Shown: positions 15,464 to 21,616 of the stretch, in pieces
Layout of the letters: each line of letters opens with the position of its first letter
Numbering within the stretch: position 1 is the first letter of the stretch
The notes under the pieces: generated by a model
Told to the model about the DNA's origin: nothing
Database searches by the model: none
Seen by the model: the letters and a program-made list of their open reading frames with translations, nothing else
Translations under genes and position numbers: made by a program
DNA from: a virus
Virus record (IMG/VR): IMGVR_UViG_3300045988_143600
Reading direction: 5' to 3' (one strand)
Length of the DNA: 37,650 bases

Positions 15464-15480
15464 TTTATCAACTTCCTTTC

Positions 15481-15517
15481 AAAAAAATTAAGCGGAGCAA
15501 TTTGAATTACTCCGCTT
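15481..15517 (-). terminator. Rho-independent terminator between the coat gene and the pIII-like gene
   Basis: The minus strand reads AAGCGGAG-(12 nt)-CTCCGCTT followed by AATTTTTTT. The placement is analogous to the terminator after gene VIII in Ff phages. Confidence 0.65.
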
Positions 15518-15533
15518 ATGTAAATGGTTTTGC

Positions 15534-15689
15534 TTATACAGCGTGTCTGAACTTTGCGAAAAGTCCTGCACCAGAGCCGAGAAGAGACAGACCTACAAGA
15601 ATTGCAATAGGTACGTTGCTTGTCATAGCGTCCCAACAAGAACCAAAAACAGTAACGGCATTACTAAGCATTGTTGTTACAGCTTCCAT
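15534..15689 (-). CDS. pVIII-like major coat protein (51 aa), below the ORF-track cut-off
   Basis: Hand translation gives MEAVTTMLSNAVTVFGSCWDAMTSNVPIAILVGLSLLGSGAGLFAKFRHAV. It has an acidic N-terminal part, a single TM helix and a basic C-terminus (K, R, H). AAAGGAG RBS. Confidence 0.6.
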   Translation of the reverse strand: MEAVTTMLSNAVTVFGSCWDAMTSNVPIAILVGLSLLGSGAGLFAKFRHAV

Positions 15690-15743
15690 TATTAGCAAAA
15701 CTCCTTTCTTATTAAATTTTTATAACAGCGGTTTCACCGCTAA

Positions 15744-16061
15744 TTATTTTGTGTTGCGGTGAAGTGTTCCGTCTGCATTGATTACGGTGATATCAACAAG
15801 CTGAGAACGTCCGTTAAAAATCTGATAGTTCAGCATTACATCACAGCCGAGAAGCTTATTGAAATCCTCAGAATTTCCGTTAAGTCTGATTGCATTTTCG
15901 GTCGGTATTTTCAGTGTATCGACCATTTTTCCATGACAGTCGGGGTTATCAACTTCCTGCAGAAGCTGAAAGACGACCTTTTCAGGGCTGTTTATCTGCT
16001 TGCCCTCTATAACTCCGTTAAATGCTTTCTTTTTTGTCCAGCCTACGATAGTTGTTTTCAT
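15744..16061 (-). CDS. First gene of the structural operon; possible gene V-like ssDNA-binding protein (by position and size only)
   Basis: 105 aa from the ATG at 16061 (MKTTIVGWTKKKAFNG...). It lies upstream of the coat gene, as gene V does. No motif-level support is available. Confidence 0.35.
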   Translation of the reverse strand: MKTTIVGWTKKKAFNGVIEGKQINSPEKVVFQLLQEVDNPDCHGKMVDTLKIPTENAIRLNGNSEDFNKLLGCDVMLNYQIFNGRSQLVDITVINADGTLHRNTK

Positions 16062-16097
16062 GTTTTTTTCCTTTCTGAGGTTTTTCGGCTTTTCCTC

Positions 16098-16150
16098 TGA
16101 TGTTTGACAAGCAAAATCCAAAAAACTGACAAGCAAAACGCAAAAAAGTG
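16098..16150. repeat. Mu-like right terminal inverted repeat with tandem TGACAAGCAAAA sites
   Basis: TGATGTTTGACAAGCAAAATCCAAAAAAC starts with TG. TGACAAGCAAAA occurs at 16105-16116 and 16127-16138. ACGCAAAAA (16139-16147) is mirrored by TTTTTGCGT near the left end. Confidence 0.75.
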
Positions 16151-16191
16151 ATGAAATGTTTCAACAAAACGAAACACTCATCACTTTTTTT
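16142..16191. terminator. Bidirectional terminator-like hairpin just inside the phage right end
   Basis: 13-bp perfect outer stem AAAAAAGTGATGA / TCATCACTTTTTT with inner stem GTTTC/GAAAC. Flanked by A- and T-runs. Confidence 0.7.
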
Positions 16192-16221
16192 GAATTATCG
16201 AGAATTTTTGAAACGTATTTT

Positions 16222-16413
16222 TTACAGCTCTAAAATGTCATTTAAATCGCATTTTAAAAATCTGCAAATCAGCTCAAGATGTGAAAATTTGAAACCGACA
16301 GCGATGTTATTGCAAAGCTGTGAGATTGTGGACGGTCTGATGCCTGTCGCCTGCGCAAGTTCAGCCTGAGTAATGCCCCTGGAATTAAGCAAAGCCCTTA
16401 ATTTTACTCTCAT
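16222..16413 (-). CDS. Small XRE/Cro-type HTH protein (last gene at the phage right end)
   Basis: LRALLNSRGITQAELAQATGIRPSTISQLCNN is an HTH motif. GGAGG RBS. Confidence 0.65.
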   Translation of the reverse strand: MRVKLRALLNSRGITQAELAQATGIRPSTISQLCNNIAVGFKFSHLELICRFLKCDLNDILEL

Positions 16414-16440
16414 GATTACCTCCGGTATGTTTTTTACAAC

Positions 16441-16465
16441 ATAAATAACGAAATCCGTTATTTAT
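16441..16465. promoter_or_regulatory. Perfect 10-bp inverted repeat upstream of the small HTH gene (operator-like)
   Basis: ATAAATAACG-AAATC-CGTTATTTAT, located between the Dam stop and the HTH start. Confidence 0.45.
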
Positions 16466-16480
16466 TCTCTAAAAAAAATA

Positions 16481-17218
16481 CTAGAAATTTGTGATTATTA
16501 CCTCTTTGAAATCACCTGATGAAAGACTGTTATTGCGGGTGACCGCCTGAATATTGTAGTCTTTATACAGGTCTCTCACATACTTGTCATCGTTGTACGA
16601 CAGTACAAATCTGCCCTTGATCTGGTGAAGAACTCTGCAGAGCCGCTCATGGTCATCCTCGGTAAATTTAACAGTGTAATGCCGCTCTGTCTTGTGGTAT
16701 GGAGGGTCGCAGTAGAATAAAGCTTTCTCACGGTCGTATACCTTGATAAGATCCTCAAAATCTTTGTTTTCGATCACTACTCCATCCAGTCTTGCCTCGA
16801 TATCTGCGAAATTATCTGTGTTAAGCCGCTTTTTGTTGCAGCCGAACGTTCTCAGACTTGCTCCGAAGCCTGTCTTGACAAGCACATAGAACATAGCAGC
16901 CCGCTGAATGTCTGTAAATCCGGTTACAGATATGCGCTCACGGCAGTCAAGGAACATTTCCCGGCTGTTTAAATAGTATTTTATCTCCTTTTTAAGCTCA
17001 TCAGAATGATATTTTAAGCATCTGAAAAAGTTGACCAAATCACTGTTGGCGTCATTATAGATCTCTAGATCAGCGTGTTTGCCTTTTGCAAAAAGTATAG
17101 ACCCGCCTCCGCCGAATACATCGATAAATCTGTTGTAGCTTTCAGTAGGCGGGAAAGACTTGATGATCTTACTTTTAAGCTGGCTCTTTCCACCAATCCA
17201 TGGTATTGGACTTTTCAT
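16481..17218 (-). CDS. dam: Dam-type N6-adenine DNA methyltransferase (D12 class)
   Basis: N-terminal PIPWIGGKSQL, FGGGGS (AdoMet binding) and the catalytic DPPY (FYCDPPYHKT). Confidence 0.85.
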   Translation of the reverse strand: MKSPIPWIGGKSQLKSKIIKSFPPTESYNRFIDVFGGGGSILFAKGKHADLEIYNDANSDLVNFFRCLKYHSDELKKEIKYYLNSREMFLDCRERISVTGFTDIQRAAMFYVLVKTGFGASLRTFGCNKKRLNTDNFADIEARLDGVVIENKDFEDLIKVYDREKALFYCDPPYHKTERHYTVKFTEDDHERLCRVLHQIKGRFVLSYNDDKYVRDLYKDYNIQAVTRNNSLSSGDFKEVIITNF

Positions 17219-17279
17219 AAATATGACCTCCTTTTAATATAGTATACAGCTCCGAGCGGATTGCCCGGAGCTGTTACTT

Positions 17280-17507
17280 TTAAATCTTTTTAAGCCAATC
17301 AGCAACAACATAATAATGCTTGCGACCAAGCTTGATTTTTCTCCAGTAGTGACTGTGATGAAATTCATAAAAATCATCAGCGACTTTTACCGGAGTATTA
17401 TCTTCGAGAACGCCAACGATCGTTCCGGCGGTGAAGTTGCAATCGCTCCTGTAATTAAGCCTAGTGACTGTCACCATTTGGCTGTATGATGTTTCTTTTG
17501 TATCCAT
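17280..17507 (-). CDS. Stand-alone SH3b-like domain protein
   Basis: 75 aa. VTRLNYRSDCNFTAGTIVGVLEDNTPVKV...WRKIKLGRKHYYVVADWL fits a bacterial SH3 pattern. It lies downstream of the endolysin. Confidence 0.45.
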   Translation of the reverse strand: MDTKETSYSQMVTVTRLNYRSDCNFTAGTIVGVLEDNTPVKVADDFYEFHHSHYWRKIKLGRKHYYVVADWLKKI

Positions 17508-17518
17508 AAGCTACTCCT

Positions 17519-18394
17519 TTACTTTATCGTTGCAGACAGCTTTTTAATAAATTTAGTCCCCGCAATACCGTTCTGAGTATAGCCCCACTTTTTCAACAGA
17601 GCATTGACCGCCTTTAGGGTACCGTCTCCGAACGTGCCGTTGTTGTCAAGTTTGTACCCTGCCAGCATAAGGAGCTGTTTCAGTGCAAGAACTCCATCGG
17701 ATTTATCACCTTTCTTAAAGCCCGAACTGTCAAGTACCTTAGACGTGCTTGTGTTAGTAGCCTTAAACCCGTTAAGCCCCTTAGCCTTTATCACAGATGG
17801 GTAATCCACATAGCAGTAATCCATGTCTACCGGCACGGAAACACCGCTGACCTTGCCCGTTGAACTGTACTGCCACATACCGTATGTGCCGCCGTAGTTG
17901 CACTTGCTGTTGTATTCTGCAATCCACAGTGCATAGCGTCTTGCGACATCATTTGTTATGTAAGTCTGGAGCGGACTGCGGCTGATATACAGACCTGCGA
18001 AGTAGCCTGCTTCCTCCAGCGCAGTGCAAAAAGTTTTTACCATGTCGGAGCATACCGTTTTACCGCGTGCAAAAGCTTTCTGCCACTCCAGATCAAAGTA
18101 AATCGGGTATTCAAAAGTTTTGCCCTTGATGTAATCGAGACAAAGAACTGCGTCCTGTTTCGCACCGGATACCGTTGTCTGCCATGTATAGTAATATGCA
18201 CCGACGTCAAGCCCAGCTGCCTTTGCATTTTTGTAATGCGTTTCAAAAAGCGGGTCTTTTACTACACAGTTCTTCGTGTGATCCCAGTTATTGCATCTGA
18301 TAATAACAAAACTGTAGCCCGCCGCTTTGACCTTTGCGAAATCTACGTTTGTCTGATACATAGAAACATCAATGCCTTTAATTGTCGCTGCCAT
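17519..18394 (-). CDS. Endolysin: GH25 muramidase with C-terminal peptidoglycan-binding domain
   Basis: The N-terminal KGIDVSMYQTNVDFAKVKAAGYSFVIIR is characteristic of GH25. The C-terminal GDKSDGVLALKQLLMLAGYKLDNNGTFGDGTLKAVNALLKKWG is PG_binding_1-like. Confidence 0.85.
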   Translation of the reverse strand: MAATIKGIDVSMYQTNVDFAKVKAAGYSFVIIRCNNWDHTKNCVVKDPLFETHYKNAKAAGLDVGAYYYTWQTTVSGAKQDAVLCLDYIKGKTFEYPIYFDLEWQKAFARGKTVCSDMVKTFCTALEEAGYFAGLYISRSPLQTYITNDVARRYALWIAEYNSKCNYGGTYGMWQYSSTGKVSGVSVPVDMDYCYVDYPSVIKAKGLNGFKATNTSTSKVLDSSGFKKGDKSDGVLALKQLLMLAGYKLDNNGTFGDGTLKAVNALLKKWGYTQNGIAGTKFIKKLSATIK

Positions 18395-18590
18395 GATAAT
18401 TATCCTCCTTGTTATTTTTATAGTTTTTCTGATACTGCGTGCCGAAATAGAACGATATCACCACAGTAAACACCGTGATGAACTGCTCTGCTGAAATCGT
18501 GCGGCGCAGTGCCAGCACGCAAAACACCGCTGTCAACAATATCGTCACGATAGACTTGACGTCTATAAGCTTTGCAAATTTCTGTTTCAT
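18378..18590 (-). CDS. Holin (two TM segments)
   Basis: 70 aa, with TM segments IVTILLTAVFCVLAL and FITVFTVVISFYFG and a charged C-terminus. It lies immediately upstream of the endolysin and overlaps it. Confidence 0.7.
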   Translation of the reverse strand: MKQKFAKLIDVKSIVTILLTAVFCVLALRRTISAEQFITVFTVVISFYFGTQYQKNYKNNKEDNYHGSDN

Positions 18591-18597
18591 ATCTTGC

Positions 18598-19284
18598 TCA
18601 CTCCTTTATCTCAAAAGCAAATCTGCTTAACAGATATTTCTTGCCGTTAAGCAGCACTGTCTGCGTGGGCACTGCATAATCAGGATAGTAGTCGCTGTCA
18701 TTCTGCCCCGATGTGTGTGAAAGAATGTGATAAAGGTTTGTAAAGCCTTTGTTCAAAGTCGACGATGTCACAGGTGTGAAAGAGGTCAGCCACTTGCGCC
18801 GACACACAGGTCTGACAGGCACAGACTTTATCGTCATTCCGTCAGTAAATACAGAACATAACCGTATGTTGTTGTCTGCACAGCTTGTTGCCAAGCCGTA
18901 CCCCTTTTCCTGCGTTTCATAGTCTGTTACCTCGCCGATAACGATGTTAATGCCTGGGCGGTCATTCTGATTGCCGTCAATGCCTATGGCTGCCAAGCCG
19001 TCCTGTTTGTATATGACCCAACGCCTTTTTGGAGAGATGTTGCTATAAGTTCCAACACATGGACAAGTCAAATCTTCCGTTCGCAGGTCAATCCAGCCGT
19101 TTGTTCCCGTGTCGCTGAATTGACCACGCAGAAACACCTCATCAGTGACCCACAGATTGAATACAACATCATTCGTGCTGAGTGTTGCACCCTCGCCCTC
19201 ATAGACTATCTTTTTAAAGTCCCACACCTCGATAAGCTTTGTTATCAGCCCTCTCAGTCCGTCTGTGCCCTCATATATTTTCAT
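18598..19284 (-). CDS. Tail-tip / putative receptor-binding protein
   Basis: 228-aa ORF, the last of the tail module before the lysis cassette. The function is inferred from position only. Confidence 0.4.
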   Translation of the reverse strand: MKIYEGTDGLRGLITKLIEVWDFKKIVYEGEGATLSTNDVVFNLWVTDEVFLRGQFSDTGTNGWIDLRTEDLTCPCVGTYSNISPKRRWVIYKQDGLAAIGIDGNQNDRPGINIVIGEVTDYETQEKGYGLATSCADNNIRLCSVFTDGMTIKSVPVRPVCRRKWLTSFTPVTSSTLNKGFTNLYHILSHTSGQNDSDYYPDYAVPTQTVLLNGKKYLLSRFAFEIKE

Positions 19285-19480
19285 CTTCGACCGCCTCCGC
19301 TATGCCTGTTATACCTATATTTCCGTACGCTTCTCCCACTGACACTCCCACAAGGCTCTGTCCGCTCGCCATATCGGGTATAGTGTCGATAATATCCATA
19401 TTGCCGTTGAAGTCCTCGATGCTGAACCTGTCCGACCTGTCGGGCTTTTTAAGTCCGAGATTTTCCGTGAAACTAGCCAA
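19271..19480 (-). CDS. Small tail fibre-associated protein
   Basis: The N-terminal FTENLGLKKPDRSDRFSIEDFNGNMDIID pattern is common at tail-fibre N-termini. Confidence 0.45.
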   Translation of the reverse strand: MASFTENLGLKKPDRSDRFSIEDFNGNMDIIDTIPDMASGQSLVGVSVGEAYGNIGITGIAEAVEDENI

Positions 19481-20054
19481 CTATACTTCCCCCTTCCGCA
19501 TTTTTGCCGACTATGAGATAGTACACCTTGAAAGCGTATGTGCCGCCCTGGTCTGAGGTGTGCTCAAGGTATGCCTCCCAGTCGATGTCCCTGCTGTTGC
19601 TTGCGACTTTGTATTGAAAACTCTGCGACTTGAAGTGCTTTTTGCCCCAGTCGCACACCATAAACACCGCAGGGTTAGTGACCCCCGAGGGTATCATGCC
19701 TGTGCGTGTATTGTAAGTCCATTGTGAGCCGTTGTCGGCGTTGACCTTCATATTCACCGTGAAAGACCCCCACCGCATATACAGTGGGTAGAGCCTGTTC
19801 ACAAGACTTACTATCTGCGCCGCTGTCTTTGCACGAAACACCGCTGTACCGCCGTCTAAAAGCTCGTCCGTCTGTTCGCCCGAGTACCGCAGCTCATACT
19901 CCTCCTCGCCGACTATTTCTTCAAGTGCCGCCACTCTCGCCGTAAGCTGCTGGATAAGCTCCTCGGTGGTGGGCGTTGTCTGACCTGTGTCTGCTGTATC
20001 GGCAGTTTTCTCCGCCTGCGTATCAGCTACAGTTGTTATCTCGTTCTCGTCCAT
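19473..20054 (-). CDS. Tail fibre / tip protein with coiled-coil segment
   Basis: Low-complexity T/A/D-rich N-terminus, then EELIQQLTARVAALEEIV. Located in the tail module. Confidence 0.45.
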   Translation of the reverse strand: MDENEITTVADTQAEKTADTADTGQTTPTTEELIQQLTARVAALEEIVGEEEYELRYSGEQTDELLDGGTAVFRAKTAAQIVSLVNRLYPLYMRWGSFTVNMKVNADNGSQWTYNTRTGMIPSGVTNPAVFMVCDWGKKHFKSQSFQYKVASNSRDIDWEAYLEHTSDQGGTYAFKVYYLIVGKNAEGGSIVG

Positions 20055-20065
20055 AATCTCGCCTC

Positions 20066-21226
20066 CTAAAGCTGTTCTTCCACAGACAGACCCACCGCAG
20101 AAATATCGGCTGAAAGTCCGCCGTCAAAATTGAATCCTATGTTAGTTATTGGTATATCGTAGCTTTCGCCGCTTTCGCTGACGTATGTTATCACGTCCCC
20201 GACGTCAAATCGTGGGTCGCCAAGGCGGTGAAAAAGCTCCGTTGTATACCACGAAAAGCCGCCTATCCTATGCCACAATGACCGCAGCAGCGACATTGTC
20301 ATATATGGATTTTCAAACTCCAGCACACGCCCTGCCGAGCCTGTGGTATTGCCCAGCCGCAGAGTTTCGCTGTCGCTGACCTTACAGACAATGCCTGCCA
20401 AAACATTCGGACGTTCTCCCAGTGTTGGCAGGTCGATAGTGTTGTTGTCCAGTATCTTCACGCTCGAGCCGTACCATTTGCGGACGTATCTGCCGTATCG
20501 GTCAACAAAACTGAACTCGCCTTGTGCCGAAGCTATGTAACTGAGCATCTGCCGCATTGTGGTGTCTTTGGGTATAGAGCTTATTTTGAAGTCGAAGTTT
20601 GCAGTTTTCAGCCTTATGTGACCCTTGCCGTAAAGCCTTGCACCGCCCTTTACACGGAGCTTTGCAGGGATGGTGTAGTCGTTGCCGTTTTGCAGTCCAA
20701 GCTGCTTGCATATGTCGTCCTCGACAGCCTTTGACCACGCAGGTAGCTTGACCTTTGGCACATAGGTCTTGTCGGAGAAGTAAAGCCTATCCGCAAAAGT
20801 GACCTCAGTATTTCCGCCCGACTTTTTCGATTTCACGCAGGTGAACCGCCCCAGAGGTATTCTCTCTCCGTCAAGCACCTCTCCAAGCTTGCTTATCTGC
20901 TCCACTGTCAGCTTTGAAAGTTCTGCGTAGGTGTAGGCTTCTAGGGTGGAGTAGGTGGTCACGCCTGTGAGGTCTGCAAGGTACAGGGACAGGTCATACT
21001 CTTTGCCGAGGAAACGTGTTTCAGCATCGTTTATCTGTAATGCCCAAGACTGTGAGCACACTGCACCAAGCTCTATGTCGTCACTGAGGCTCGTTGACTG
21101 CACGTCACTGGTAGCGGACATTATGTTGTCCCCCATTATTACGCTCTCGTCGTTTTCAAGCCACATACGCCATGTGCGGCAGTAGCTTTCGATGCGTGAG
21201 GAGACGGTTGTACTTGTTGTATACAT
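20066..21226 (-). CDS. Tail-associated protein (Tal position)
   Basis: 386-aa ORF, the second gene after the tape measure. Assigned by synteny only. Confidence 0.5.
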   Translation of the reverse strand: MYTTSTTVSSRIESYCRTWRMWLENDESVIMGDNIMSATSDVQSTSLSDDIELGAVCSQSWALQINDAETRFLGKEYDLSLYLADLTGVTTYSTLEAYTYAELSKLTVEQISKLGEVLDGERIPLGRFTCVKSKKSGGNTEVTFADRLYFSDKTYVPKVKLPAWSKAVEDDICKQLGLQNGNDYTIPAKLRVKGGARLYGKGHIRLKTANFDFKISSIPKDTTMRQMLSYIASAQGEFSFVDRYGRYVRKWYGSSVKILDNNTIDLPTLGERPNVLAGIVCKVSDSETLRLGNTTGSAGRVLEFENPYMTMSLLRSLWHRIGGFSWYTTELFHRLGDPRFDVGDVITYVSESGESYDIPITNIGFNFDGGLSADISAVGLSVEEQL

Positions 21227-21237
21227 ATATCCGCCTC

Positions 21238-21606
21238 CTACTGCATGATAAGGTCAACAGCAACGCCTTTGCAAAACTGCCGCTTTTCGTCCCAGCCGAA
21301 TATTTCATAGCTTGGATCTCCTGCATAGACCCTTATTTTGATTTCATTAAAAGTCTCGTCCAAAAGTGTGGCGTTAAAAAATGGGCTATCAACATTTGAG
21401 ATATACTTATTTATCTGTGCAGTCTGCTCGCCTGTGAGATGATACCATTTAATAGTGACCGTTTTCTTTATAGCCCTGATGTCTCCGACCATAAGACAAT
21501 TAGCGGTGCGCCCTGCATTGCCCGACCAGATTTTATTGTTACAAAAAGTAATTTCAGCAGGAGTGGCTACCGTTTCTTCTTCAAATTTCAATCCATTTGA
21601 TTTCAT
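21238..21606 (-). CDS. Small tail component (distal tail protein position)
   Basis: 122-aa ORF immediately after the tape measure gene. It is shorter than a canonical Dit. Confidence 0.45.
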   Translation of the reverse strand: MKSNGLKFEEETVATPAEITFCNNKIWSGNAGRTANCLMVGDIRAIKKTVTIKWYHLTGEQTAQINKYISNVDSPFFNATLLDETFNEIKIRVYAGDPSYEIFGWDEKRQFCKGVAVDLIMQ

Positions 21607-21616
21607 AGTATCCCTC

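Larger units (their letters stand above)
8460..16097 (-). mobile_element. Inovirus-like (filamentous phage-like) 7.6-kb element, the target of the Mu-like insertion
   Basis: Carries an HUH Rep, a pI/Zot-like ATPase, a pVIII-like 51-aa coat protein, a pIII-like large secreted/anchored protein, several tiny TM ORFs, an integrase and an XRE repressor. Visibly more AT-rich than the rest of the window. Bounded by the TCCTC duplication. Confidence 0.7.

Noticed and set aside
15502-15762. 86-aa plus-strand ORF
   Set aside because: It is antisense to the 51-aa coat-like gene, which has an RBS, a classical coat-protein architecture and a downstream terminator.
16248-16258. Shared 11-mer TTTAAAATGCG (8186-8196, inverted at 16248-16258) as a candidate phage terminus
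   Set aside because: It lies inside the HTH coding sequence, is AT-rich and has no flanking duplication. The TG...CA ends at 16098/8459 with the TCCTC duplication fit far better.
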